DNA from: Vicinamibacteria bacterium
GTDB lineage: Bacteria > Acidobacteriota > Vicinamibacteria > Marinacidobacterales > Marinacidobacteraceae
NCBI GenBank assembly: GCA_963668695.2
Contig: CAXXLQ010000004.1
Coordinates: 864,001-928,000 of the forward strand
Length of the DNA stretch: 64,000 nt
Reading direction: 5' to 3'
The notes below the pieces were generated by a model that made no database searches, was not told the origin of the DNA, and saw nothing but the letters and a program-made list of their open reading frames with translations. Every line of letters begins with the position of its first letter. Within the stretch, counting starts at the first letter, position 1. Of this stretch, positions 40,156 through 49,708 are shown piece after piece. The position numbers and the translations under genes are program-made.

Positions 40156-40247
40156 GCGTTTCGGGAGGGAGCCGCGCGGAAGGATGGGGCGCTTGTTGCG
40201 CCGACCTCCAGAACTTGTTGGACGGGAGAAGTTGAATCACAATGTCA

Positions 40248-40286
40248 TTCATCCGACAAGTTCATCCGACAAGTTCATCCGACAAG
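40248..40286 (+). repeat. 3 x 13-bp tandem repeat TTCATCCGACAAG
   Basis: Perfect copies ending at the RBS of the RelB/DinJ gene. Confidence 0.9.
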
Positions 40287-40299
40287 GAGGATCAGGGCT

Positions 40300-40563
40300 T
40301 TGGCTGCGAATCAACTCGTGCAGGCTCGCATCGACGGGGCCGTGAAGGAGGAAGCGGCCGCTGTGCTGGCCGCCATGGGTCTGACCATTTCCGACGCCGT
40401 GCGGTTGCTGCTCACCAGGGTGGCGCACGAGAAGGCGCTGCCGTTCGCACCTCTGGTTCCCAACGCGGTCACGATCGAGGCAATGAAGGAAGCTCGCAAG
40501 GGCGGACTCCCCCGGTTCAACAGCGTGCAGACCCTCCTCGACGATCTGCATGCGGACGATTGA
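40300..40563 (+). CDS. RelB/DinJ family antitoxin
   Basis: VQARIDGAVKEEAAAVLAAMGLTISDAVRLLL...LPF. Confidence 0.9.
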   Translation: MAANQLVQARIDGAVKEEAAAVLAAMGLTISDAVRLLLTRVAHEKALPFAPLVPNAVTIEAMKEARKGGLPRFNSVQTLLDDLHADD

Positions 40564-41090
40564 GCGCACCAGCCAGTTAACAACCTGTGGTGAAACCCAC
40601 GCGGCCCAGTTCTCCCGGTGGGGGCTCGAGCGGCGATCCATCCCGCCTGAACCGCCCCCCCACCGGGAGAACTGGCGCTTTGCGGCGCTCTGCGTTGCGT
40701 TTCGGTCGAAATACACCCGGGCCAGTTCTCCCGGTGGGGGCTCCTCCCTCACGCGCCTTGTCAGCCGGGCGCCTCGCCCCCACCGGGAGGACTGACCGCT
40801 CTCGGCGCTCACCCGGGTTCCACCACCGGCTGTTGGAGCGCGACTACCAGCGGGAATCCAGGGGGCCGGCATCGCGTGCATCTCCCGACGCCAGCGTGGC
40901 GCCCCTCGTGGAAGCCCTCGCCAACGATCAGCCCTTGGAACCTCGGTGCCACGACCATGCCCTCAGCGGCGGGTGGGCTGATCATCGCGACTGCCACGTG
41001 AGGCCCGACCTGGTGTTGATCTACCAAAAGCCCGACGCAGAGACGTTGCGGCTCGTTCGCCTTGGGTCACATTCCGAACTCGGATTCTGA
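40550..41090 (+). pseudogene. yafQ: YafQ family toxin interrupted by a MITE
   Basis: MRTIERTSQ | insertion | RDYQRE...DHALSGGWADHRDCHVRPDLVLIY...RLGSHSEL. Confidence 0.88.
40581..40832. mobile_element. MITE copy E, inside yafQ
   Basis: TTAA|CAACCTGTGGTGAAACCC...GGGTTCCACCACCGGCTG. Confidence 0.85.
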
Positions 41091-41149
41091 ACGTCCCGAG
41101 CGCGCCCCAGGCTGGCTCGACGCCGTCCGACTCGACGACGGTCGTCCGC

Positions 41150-41749
41150 TCAGAGAGCGCTGCGGTGTTGCAGCGCCTCCGCCATGGTGGTCTCGTCGGT
41201 GTGGACCAATTCGCTTCCCATCGGGATGCCGATTCCGATGCGAGTCACCCGAATGCCCTGAGGCTTCAACAGGTGCGCCAGCCAGGCGGCGGCCGCCTCC
41301 CCGTCGTGGGTGGGATTCGTGGCCACGATCACTTCTTCGAAGTGGCCGTCGCGGACCCGCTGGAGCAGGCTGGCCAGGCTGCGCTCTTCCTCCGGATCTC
41401 CGTGAGGGGGGAAAGCGATGCCGCCCAGCACGTGGTACCGACCGTTGAAGATCTTCGCTTTTTCGACGGCCTCGATGTCTGCCGGATCCTCGACGACGCA
41501 GAGCACCGCGTCGTCGCGGCTCGAGTTCCTGCAATAAGCGCAGGGCTGGGCATCGGCGAAGTTGCCGCACACGCGGCACCGGGACACCCGGTCATGCAGG
41601 GTGGACGCGGCAGCTCCGAGGGCTTCGGCACGCTCCCGTCCTCCCTGGAGCAGGTGGAACGCGATTCGCTGCGCGGATTTTTCCCCGATCCCCGGGAGTC
41701 GCCTCAGCTCACCGATGAGTCGTGACAGCGGCTCCGGCAGGCCGCTCAT
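41150..41749 (-). CDS. recR: Recombination mediator RecR
   Basis: LPGIGEKSAQRIAF, C4 zinc finger, Toprim VVE...YHVLGG, ATNPT. Confidence 0.97.
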   Translation of the reverse strand: MSGLPEPLSRLIGELRRLPGIGEKSAQRIAFHLLQGGRERAEALGAAASTLHDRVSRCRVCGNFADAQPCAYCRNSSRDDAVLCVVEDPADIEAVEKAKIFNGRYHVLGGIAFPPHGDPEEERSLASLLQRVRDGHFEEVIVATNPTHDGEAAAAWLAHLLKPQGIRVTRIGIGIPMGSELVHTDETTMAEALQHRSAL

Positions 41750-42048
41750 TTACCGCCGGTGAGCTGTCCGAGTTCTTCGAGCGAACCCAGCCTTTCCTGC
41801 ATCTGCTGCTCGATCTTCCGGGAGGCGTCATTGATCGCCGCCTTCACCAGGTCCTCGAGAAGTTCCACGTCACCGGAACGCACCGCTTCCGGGTCGATCG
41901 TCACCCGCCGCACCTGGCGGGCGCCATTCATCCGCACCTTGACCATGCCGCCACCGGCGGCTCCTTCACCCTCCAGGGACTCGATCTGCCGCTTGAGCTT
42001 GCGGAGCTGTCCCATCTGCTGGGTGACCTGGTGAATTTTCGAAAACAT
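41746..42048 (-). CDS. ybaB: YbaB/EbfC nucleoid-associated protein
   Basis: AGGGMVKVRMNG, DVELLEDLVKAAINDA; located between dnaX and recR. Confidence 0.93.
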   Translation of the reverse strand: MFSKIHQVTQQMGQLRKLKRQIESLEGEGAAGGGMVKVRMNGARQVRRVTIDPEAVRSGDVELLEDLVKAAINDASRKIEQQMQERLGSLEELGQLTGGK

Positions 42049-42125
42049 CGCTCGTTTTCCTCCTTCGCACCGGAACTTCCGTCCCGGGACGACAATGGAC
42101 TTTCCTGAGTATGGCTTACCCCTAG

Positions 42126-42477
42126 CAACCTGTGGATAAAGTGACGTGAGTACCGAGACCGGTGAGGCGCCCGGCTGACAAGGCGCGTGAGGGAGGAGCC
42201 CCCACCGGGAGAACTGGCCCGAGTGTATTTCGACCGAAACGCAACGATGAGCGGCGCGCAGCGACGCGGTGAACAGCCTGTGGTGGAACCCACGTGAGCG
42301 CCGAGGTTGGCCAGTTCTCCCGGTGGGGGGGCGGTTCAGCCGGGATGCATCGCCGGTCGCTTCCGGAGCGGGGCGCCAGCACCGCGGAGACCCCGGAGCG
42401 GAAGAGACGGGGGACGGGGGCACCCGACCCCCATCTCTTCTGGCTCGGGAATGCCGCGTGACTTTGTCCACAGGCTG
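42126..42477. mobile_element. MITE copy F with a perfect CTAG target-site duplication
   Basis: CTAG|CAACCTGTGGATAAAGT...ACTTTGTCCACAGGCTG|CTAG; the right CTAG carries the dnaX stop. Confidence 0.85.
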
Positions 42478-44091
42478 CTAGTGCTCCGATTCCAAGGGGG
42501 ACTCTCCCGGCAGAGGCCTCGCCGAAACGATAGTGCCTCCGAAGGTCTTCTGATACTTCTCGACAATGGGGGGTGGAGCCAGGTCGAGCAAGCCGCTGCT
42601 TCCGGACGCCGTTGATTCGGCCGTTAACTCGGAAGGGGCCTGGGATGGGGCTGGAGAAGCGGGGGTGGGCGATTTCGCCGGAGGGGAGCCGCTACCGCCG
42701 GTGTTCGGCGCCGCCGTCTTGGCGCCAGGCTGGTCAAGCTGCTCGAGAAGGCGGTCGAACGCGGCCAGGCGCGGCATTTCGACCAGTCGCAGCAGCGCCA
42801 TCTCGAGGTGGAACCTGGGCTCGGGGGACCAGCGCAATCCGTCTTCGATCCGGGTGAGGACATCGAGGCTCCGCAGCAGATCTTCCTCGCTGAAGCGGTC
42901 CGCGAATTCGGCGAGCCGCTCGCGCTCCTGCGGCCACTCCAGGAGGTCGGGCCGGTCGGGCGCCACCCGAACCACCGTGAGGTCCCGCAGGTAGTGCATG
43001 AGCAGGGTGACGAAGTGCTTCAGATCCCGGCCCTCGCTCACGAGTTCCTCGACGATTTCGAAGACCGCCCGGCGGTCTCCTTCGACGATCGCTACGCTGG
43101 CGCGGCGGCAGATCTGCACGTTCGGAACCCCGATCACCTCACTCACATCCTCGGCGGTGACCGCTCCGTCCACCGCCGCGATCACCTGGTCGAGCGCCGA
43201 TAGCGCATCCCGGAGGCTCCCCTGCCCGAACCGGGCGATCTGGGCCAGGGCCTCCGGCGCGACCTCGAATCCCTGATCGTCCGCGATGTGACGCAGCCGT
43301 TCGACCACGACCCGCTGGGTCACGGCGCGGAATTCGAACTCCTGACAGCGCGAGAGGATGGTGTCCGGGATTCGATGGATCTCGGTAGTGGCGAAGATGA
43401 ACTTGACGTGGGGAGGGGGTTCCTCGAGCGTCTTCAGGAGCGCGTTGAAAGCGCCCCCGCTCAGCATGTGGACTTCGTCCACCAGAAAGATCTTGAACCG
43501 GTCGCGCGACGGGGTGTAGTGCGCGGTCTCGATGATTTCGCGCGCCTTTTCCACGCTGTTGTTGCTCGCGCCGTCGATCTCGGGCACGTCCCGTGAATAA
43601 CCGCCGGCAATCTCGCGGCAGGAAGGACACGTTCCGCAGGGCTCCGGATTCGGGCCTTCGCCGGCCGAGCAGTTGAGCGCCTTCGCGAGAATCCGGGCGG
43701 TGGTGGTCTTTCCCACCCCCCGAGGCCCGGCGAACAGGAATGCGTGCCAGATACGGTTCTTCCGGATCGCGTTCTGAAGAGTGCGGGCGATCGCCTCCTG
43801 CCCCACCAGGTCCGCGAAGGTCTGGGGGCGGTAGCGCAGCGCCAGCACCTGGTAGTCGTCGGCGCGCGCAGAGGAAGGCGTCTTCGGGGTCGCCGCCGAG
43901 TCACCGGCGACGGGCGCCGGATTCTGCGGTTCGCTGGCCGGCGCATCCGCCGCGGCAGTCGGTTCGGGCGGGATCTGCCCCTCGGCCTCGCTCACGATTC
44001 CGGCTTCCTGCACCGCCGGCTCCACGTCGTTCGCGGGCGGCTGCGGATCAGGGCCGGGCGGACCGCCGAACAGGCCTCCGGGAGGACTCAT
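42478..44091 (-). CDS. dnaX: DNA polymerase III subunit gamma/tau
   Basis: LALRYRPQTF, GPRGVGKTT, DEVHML, FNALLKTLEEPP, SRC. Confidence 0.97.
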   Translation of the reverse strand: MSPPGGLFGGPPGPDPQPPANDVEPAVQEAGIVSEAEGQIPPEPTAAADAPASEPQNPAPVAGDSAATPKTPSSARADDYQVLALRYRPQTFADLVGQEAIARTLQNAIRKNRIWHAFLFAGPRGVGKTTTARILAKALNCSAGEGPNPEPCGTCPSCREIAGGYSRDVPEIDGASNNSVEKAREIIETAHYTPSRDRFKIFLVDEVHMLSGGAFNALLKTLEEPPPHVKFIFATTEIHRIPDTILSRCQEFEFRAVTQRVVVERLRHIADDQGFEVAPEALAQIARFGQGSLRDALSALDQVIAAVDGAVTAEDVSEVIGVPNVQICRRASVAIVEGDRRAVFEIVEELVSEGRDLKHFVTLLMHYLRDLTVVRVAPDRPDLLEWPQERERLAEFADRFSEEDLLRSLDVLTRIEDGLRWSPEPRFHLEMALLRLVEMPRLAAFDRLLEQLDQPGAKTAAPNTGGSGSPPAKSPTPASPAPSQAPSELTAESTASGSSGLLDLAPPPIVEKYQKTFGGTIVSARPLPGESPLESEH

Positions 44092-44318
44092 GAGACGGAG
44101 AGACTAACGCCAGCGAAGTCGCGAGGATGCTTCAAGAGGGAGCCACCCGCCAGCGCGGTTTGCCGTCGCGCCGATCAGCGTTCTCGCCTTCGTCTGTCGA
44201 GGGGAAAGTCCCCCGTCACCACCCTGATTGGCTCGTGCGGGATTCCGGTTGCCCGAACCGCAGCCTTCGTGTCGACCCGAGCCGTAGCGGGGTAGCATTC
44301 CCCGTTCCGCCGGAACCC

Positions 44319-44405
44319 GGAGGGGTGCAAGAGTGGCTGAATTGGCCAGCCCGGAAAGCTGGTGTACCGGCAACGGTACCGTGGGTTCGAATCCCACCCC
44401 CTCCG
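44319..44405 (+). tRNA. tRNA-Ser(GGA), CCA not encoded
   Basis: Acceptor GGAGGGG/CCCCTCC, anticodon arm CCAGC-CCGGAAA-GCTGG, long variable arm, GGTTCGAATCC, discriminator G. Confidence 0.92.
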
Positions 44406-44414
44406 CTCGGTCGA

Positions 44415-44494
44415 GGGGTCCGGAAGGGGGCGCCCGATTGAGATTGTGGTTGGGGCTTGATCGGTTGGGAGGTGGGCGCCCCCTTCCGGACCCC
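44415..44494. repeat. Perfect 21-bp inverted repeat after tRNA-Ser
   Basis: GGGGTCCGGAAGGGGGCGCCC ... GGGCGCCCCCTTCCGGACCCC with a 38-nt loop. Confidence 0.85.
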
Positions 44495-44507
44495 CCGGCG
44501 CTTCGCG

Positions 44508-44660
44508 CCGGAATCGCAAATCCCTCCGGGATTCGCGATTCGAGCTGTTTGATTGTGAAAGGGGGGCGGTAGCCCCCCTTTCACACTTTCCCCCCGGTCT
44601 CGCGGGCAGCGAACAAAGTTCGCTGCCATTTGTTTTTTCAGGTCCGGCAGTACACGCGCT
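44508..44660. repeat. Three-hairpin dispersed element, copy 1 (copy 2 at 54715-54865)
   Basis: Three co-linear stem-loops are conserved in both copies. Confidence 0.75.
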
Positions 44661-44750
44661 GGCGCAAAGGCCAGGGAACGCCGACCTCCTGGTCGGCATC
44701 GCGCGGGAGCGCGAAACCAGGGCTGATGACGCTGCGCTCCGCCGACGTGA

Positions 44751-45485
44751 GTGTCCCACCCTCTCACAATCCCGGATGGTGCGACCGCTCACCGCCTCCT
44801 GCAGCGAAAGCGTGCCGTGCTGCGATGGTGTTGGGCGCATGGCTACGTCGAGCAGAACGTGGCCGGGGAAGGAATCGAGGGCGCGCTGCCGGCCATGCCG
44901 GCCGTCAAGGCGCACTTCCGGGCGCTGCCGTACCAGGAAGTAGCGGCGGCGCTTGAAACCGTGGATGGGTCGAAGGCGAGCAAGGCGGCCAAACTTTGCC
45001 TCCGGTTCCTGATCCTGACGGCGGCTCGATCCGGAGAAGCGCGGGCCGCGACTTGGGCGGAGGTGGACTTCGAGGCGAAGGAATGGCGGATTCCCGGTGA
45101 GCGAATGAAGGGAGGCCGGGAGCATCGCGTCCCGCTGAACCGTGCGGCGCTGGTCGTTCTTGAGCGGGCGCGAGTACTGGACGAGGGGAGCGGGCTGATC
45201 TTCCCGTCGCCGCAGGGGCCGGGCCGGCCCCTCTCCCCGATGACCCTGACGAAGATTCTGCGAGATCAGGGGCTTGCGGAACGGGGGACCGTTCACGGCT
45301 TCCGCAGCTCGTTTCGCGATTGGTGCGCCGAGACCGGAAAGCCTCGGGAGGTCGCCGAAGCCGCCCTGGCCCACACGGTCGGGGGAGTCGAGGGCGCGTA
45401 TTTTCGCTCTGACTTGTACGCGCGTCGGCGGGTGCTCATGGACCAGTGGGCCGCGTTCCTCACGGGGCGGAGGGGAAGGTGGTGA
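44751..45485 (+). pseudogene. P4-like tyrosine integrase, 5'-truncated
   Basis: ILTAARSGEAR, RMKGGREHRVPL, HGFRSSFRDW, LAH, AYFRSD; N-terminal domains are missing; lies beside tRNA-Ser. Confidence 0.85.
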
Positions 45486-45655
45486 GGTTCCGTGCCTGAC
45501 CTTGACGCGCTGAAGGCTCGCATACGTCAGCACCCGGCTTTCCGAGGCGGGCCAGCCGACGGAAACCTACTGGCTCAACCTTCTGGAGGTCACGCTCGCT
45601 GAGTCTTTGGCTCGGGTCCACGAGTCGCGCCGGACACCGGTTATGGTGAACACCC

Positions 45656-46138
45656 ATGAAGCAATGCCAGAAAAAGCTGTGCAGCGCAGCAGGCGTGGTT
45701 TTCCTCGCTTTGTTCGGCGCATGGACAGCGTGCAATCCCGATTCCCCGAACACGTCCGCGACGCAGGAGGCGCAACGAGCCGGGGCATCGAATACGGACT
45801 GGCTCGGGGAAGTGGACACTTCAACACTCCCGGGGCTTCTGGCGGTCCTCGATGAAGCCTCCATCGAGCGAGTCAACGCGATCCTGCAAGACGAGCGGGA
45901 TCCGACTTGGCGAGAGCAACTTGTGAGCGGCGAGCTGACGGCTGATCTCGAAGAGTTGCATTACTGGCGCGGCCTGGCGCGCGCGGACGTGACGACCCCG
46001 CTGACCGATGCGGAAGCGGCGTACTTGGAACATGCGCGCAACCGGGCTTCGACCTTCCAGGACATACTCTTGGAGCAGCACGGTGATCCCGCGCTACGCG
46101 AGCTGTTGGGAAAAGCACCGGGGGAGGTTCAGGACTAG
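45656..46138 (+). CDS. Hypothetical lipoprotein
   Basis: Signal peptide ending WTAC; helical acidic body. Confidence 0.6.
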   Translation: MKQCQKKLCSAAGVVFLALFGAWTACNPDSPNTSATQEAQRAGASNTDWLGEVDTSTLPGLLAVLDEASIERVNAILQDERDPTWREQLVSGELTADLEELHYWRGLARADVTTPLTDAEAAYLEHARNRASTFQDILLEQHGDPALRELLGKAPGEVQD

Positions 46139-46232
46139 GGCTGGGCCGTAACAACATCCGGACCAAGCTGGGACTGCGGCGGGCCGAGAGCCTGCGGCGG
46201 CTATCTGCTCTCGATCCGCTGAACGCGCGGAC

Positions 46233-46800
46233 TCACCCGCCCTTCGGGAAGATGCAGCGCAGCAGGTCGATGTCTTCCCACAGCACCGCTTCCGCATCCG
46301 GCCTGGTGACGGTGGTGAGCGGAACGGACATTTCGACTCCCCCTGGCCGCGCAAACTCGGGTCTACCTCCGTGTCGTGGTTGAACCCGAACAGATGGATG
46401 ATTTCGTGCAGGGTGACGGCGTCCATGTACTTGCCGTCGTGCGTCCGGGGGTGTTCTTCGCACTCCGGACACCAATCCGTCACTAGGCTCGGGGTGTAGT
46501 AGAACTCCGCGCACTGCGGGCTGGCCTAGGCGCCAGACTCCCGGGCGGTCGAGTAGTAGCCTTGGATCTGGCCCCGCTCCGGCCGAAGCACGCAGTCGTC
46601 CGGGCTCGCTCCTGCGGGCCACGCAACTACGTCACCCACTTGCAGAATTCGGTAGCCGAGCTGGCGTTCGATCTTCTCGTCCAGCAGCTCGACGGGTTCG
46701 AGTAGCCGGGCAAGGCCCGCCTCCGTTACGGAATCCGGGAAGCTGCGGACCATGTCCACGCGGAACGGCCCCGTGCCCTCGCAGCCGCCGGGGCGCCGCC
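46233..46800 (-). pseudogene. Degraded zinc metallopeptidase-like gene
   Basis: HEIIHLFGFNH motif; in-frame TAG at 46526-46528 and a frameshift near 46345; MITE G lies upstream. Confidence 0.6.
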
Positions 46801-46940
46801 TGCATGACAGCTCCCCAGCAGGCGGACAGCGCCCTAATCGCTGCGATCGACAGCTACGCGACTGACGCTGCCCTTCGACTCGCCCCCGACAGCCTCGTCC
46901 TGGGGGGTGCAGGTGGCCGCCGAGTTCGTGGCTGTCCCAG

Positions 46941-47209
46941 CAGCCTGTGGTGAAACCCACGTGAGCGCCGAGACCGGCCAGTTCTCCCGGTGGGGGCGAG
47001 GCGCCCGGCTGACAAGGCGCGTGAGGGAGGAGCCCCCACTGGGAGAACTGGCCCGGGTGTATTTCGACCGAAACGCAACGATGAGCGGCGCGAAGCGACG
47101 CGGTTCAGCCGGGATGGATCGCCGGCCGAACGCCGCGTGGGTTTCACTACCGGTTGTTTGGCCGGGATGGATCGCCGGTCGAACGCCGCGTGGGTTTTGC
47201 CACCGGCTG
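46941..47209. mobile_element. MITE copy G (duplicated right end)
   Basis: CAGCCTGTGGTGAAACCC...TTTTGCCACCGGCTG|TTAA. Confidence 0.8.
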
Positions 47210-47312
47210 TTAAAACCGTGGATGGGTCGAAGGCGAGCAAGGCGGCCAAACTTTGCCTCCGGTTCCTGATCCTGACGGCGGCGCGATCCGGGGAGGCGCG
47301 GGGCGCGACTTG
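47210..47312 (+). pseudogene. 103-bp second copy of an integrase segment (matches 44953-45055)
   Basis: Near-identical sequence encoding TVDGSKASKAAKLCLRFLILTAARSGEAR. Confidence 0.85.
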
Positions 47313-47339
47313 TCGTATTTTTGTATACACTGGCCTGAC

Positions 47340-47765
47340 ATGAAACGAAGTCGGAATCGGACTCTTGAGGAGCGTATCGCGCTGCGTATTCAGCGCCAGA
47401 AGGCGAGGAATGTTTTCGTGCGGAGCGACTTTCGGGATCTGGGTGGCTACGACCAGGTTGGTCGTGGCTTGAAGCGGTTGGCCGACGGGGACCGACTCGT
47501 GAGAATCGGCTACGGGCTCTATGCCCGGTCCGCGACCGCCCCGATTTCTCGTGCCACGGTCCCGCAACAGCCACTCCCGATGCTCGCGGCCGAGGCACTC
47601 GACCGGTTGAAGGTGAAAACGGCGCCGTCAACATTTGACCGAGCCTATAACGAAGGGACCTCGACCCAGGTTCCTACCGGCCGGGTGATCGGTGTCAAGG
47701 GCCGCTTCTCACGCAAGATCCGCTACGGTGGGCAGAACATCGTCTTTGAGCGCTCTTCCGGATAA
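47340..47765 (+). CDS. DUF6088/AbiEi-like winged-helix protein (no adjacent AbiEii)
   Basis: VFVRSDFRDLGGYDQVGRGLKRL...RIGYGLYA...STQVP. Confidence 0.8.
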   Translation: MKRSRNRTLEERIALRIQRQKARNVFVRSDFRDLGGYDQVGRGLKRLADGDRLVRIGYGLYARSATAPISRATVPQQPLPMLAAEALDRLKVKTAPSTFDRAYNEGTSTQVPTGRVIGVKGRFSRKIRYGGQNIVFERSSG

Positions 47766-47918
47766 TGGCTAGCCAGGCGAGGGCTCCCAACGTCGCAACG
47801 GCCACGACCAGGAAGACCCACGGAGTGGCATGGACCCCGGGGACGGCGGCGGCTTGACCGGACGCGACGCGCAGCCGTACGCTGCCCGCATCAGTCCCTG
47901 ACAGTCGTAGTGAGAGTT

Positions 47919-49646
47919 ATGCGCAGGTCGAATCAGGCCCTCGTCGTTCTCGCGTTCACCTTTTCCGTGGTTCTCGCGGGTTGTGCTCAGCAAGCCGACC
48001 CGGCGGACACGATCTTCCACGGCGACCACATCGTCACCATGGACCCGCGCCGTCCCACCGTGGAAGCGGTCGCAGTGCGTGGCGAAACCATCGTGGCCGC
48101 CGGACCGATGGACGACGTGATGGCGCTCGAAGGGCCGTCCACGCGGGTGGTGGATCTGGGTGACCACGCGCTCCTGCCGGGCTTCATCGACTCCCACGGC
48201 CACTTCCTGGGAGCGGGCCGCGACCAGGTGTTGCTGGTGGGGCTGCACCCGCCGCCGGTGGGAGACGTGAACAACATCGACGACATCGTGCGCAAGGTCC
48301 GGGCGTGGATCGACGAGCACGACATTCCTCCCGGAGAGCCGGTGACCGGACGCGGCTACGACGACTCGCTGCTCGAGGAGGGCCGCCATCCCACTCGCGA
48401 GGATCTGGACCGCGCGTCGACCGAACATCCCATCATCCTCACCCACGTGTCGGGACACCTGGTCTCGACCAACTCCGCCCTTCTCGCGGCCAGCAACATC
48501 ACCGCCGACACGCCGGATCCGCCCGGCGGCCTGATCCGCCGCATGCAGGGCTCGATGGAGCCCGACGGGGTGCTGGAAGAAACCGCCCGCGGACTGCTGG
48601 CGTTCGACCGGAGGCCCACCCCGTCCGGGGAGGAACTCGACGACCTGATCCGCCAGTCCATCGACATTTACCTGAGCCACGGCACAACCACCATCCAGGA
48701 CGGCGGAATCACCCCGGAGCACGCGGCCATCCTCCAGGCGGCCGCCGACCGGGAGCCCTTCAAGGCGGATGTCGCGGCCTTCATCCGCAAGCGCGGCGCG
48801 CCCGACGAGGTCCCGGACGTGCCTTACATGCGCGGATACCACAGCGGGTTCCGGGTGGCCGGGGTGAAGCTCATGCTGGACGGCTCTCCCCAGGGACGCA
48901 CGGCCTGGGTCACGATCCCGTACGAGGAGGGCCCGCCGGGCGCACCGCCGGACTATGTGGCCTACGGCGTGATGGATCCCGACGAGTACAAGGCCCAGGC
49001 CGACCAGTTGATCGAGGCGGGCATCCCGATCATCGTGCACGCCAACGGCGACGCGGCGATGGATCTCATGATCGACGGAGTGGACGCGGCGGTCGCGGAC
49101 ATGGATCCCATGCCCGACCACCGCTCCGTCATCATCCACGCCCAGCTCATGCGCGCGGACCAGCTCGACCGCGCCGCGGAGCTGAACGTCGTGCCCTCGT
49201 TCTTCGCGGCGCACTCCTTCTTCTGGGGCGACTGGCACCGGCGCAGCTTCGGCGAGGAGCGGGGCAACAACGTCAGCCCGGTGGGTTGGGCCCTCGAACG
49301 GGGGGTGAACTTCACGGTCCACAACGACGCCTCGGTGGTCCCGCCGCACATGATGCGCCTGGTCTCGATCACCGTGAACCGCAAGACCCGCAGCGGGCAC
49401 ATTCTCGGGCCGCACCAGCGGCCGACGGTGATGCAGGCGCTACACGCGGTCACGCTCGGAGGCGCCTACCAGTACTTCGAGGAGGACACCAAGGGCTCGA
49501 TCACGGTCGGAAAGCAGGCGGACCTGGTGATTCTGGGAGAGAGCCCGCTGACCGCGGAGCCGGAGAACCTGGAGTTCATCCCGATCCTGGAGACGTTCTC
49601 GCGGGGCGGGTCGGTATTCACGATCTCGGCTGAGCCCGAGTCGTAG
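47919..49646 (+). CDS. Amidohydrolase 3 (YtcJ-like) lipoprotein
   Basis: LAGC lipobox, PGFIDSHGH, KLMLDGSPQGRTA, HANGD, GKQADLVIL. Confidence 0.9.
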   Translation: MRRSNQALVVLAFTFSVVLAGCAQQADPADTIFHGDHIVTMDPRRPTVEAVAVRGETIVAAGPMDDVMALEGPSTRVVDLGDHALLPGFIDSHGHFLGAGRDQVLLVGLHPPPVGDVNNIDDIVRKVRAWIDEHDIPPGEPVTGRGYDDSLLEEGRHPTREDLDRASTEHPIILTHVSGHLVSTNSALLAASNITADTPDPPGGLIRRMQGSMEPDGVLEETARGLLAFDRRPTPSGEELDDLIRQSIDIYLSHGTTTIQDGGITPEHAAILQAAADREPFKADVAAFIRKRGAPDEVPDVPYMRGYHSGFRVAGVKLMLDGSPQGRTAWVTIPYEEGPPGAPPDYVAYGVMDPDEYKAQADQLIEAGIPIIVHANGDAAMDLMIDGVDAAVADMDPMPDHRSVIIHAQLMRADQLDRAAELNVVPSFFAAHSFFWGDWHRRSFGEERGNNVSPVGWALERGVNFTVHNDASVVPPHMMRLVSITVNRKTRSGHILGPHQRPTVMQALHAVTLGGAYQYFEEDTKGSITVGKQADLVILGESPLTAEPENLEFIPILETFSRGGSVFTISAEPES

Positions 49647-49708
49647 AGCCCCGCGTCGAGGGGCCCGTCGGGGCCGGCTCGCCCGTGAGAGGGGGGCCGG
49701 TACCACTT

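Noticed and set aside
42478-44091. dnaX programmed frameshift producing gamma and tau
   Set aside because: No AAAAAAG or poly-A slippery site was seen in the coding strand.
44751-47765. Prophage at tRNA-Ser
   Set aside because: Only truncated integrase pieces are present; no structural, replication or lysis genes and no att duplication were found.
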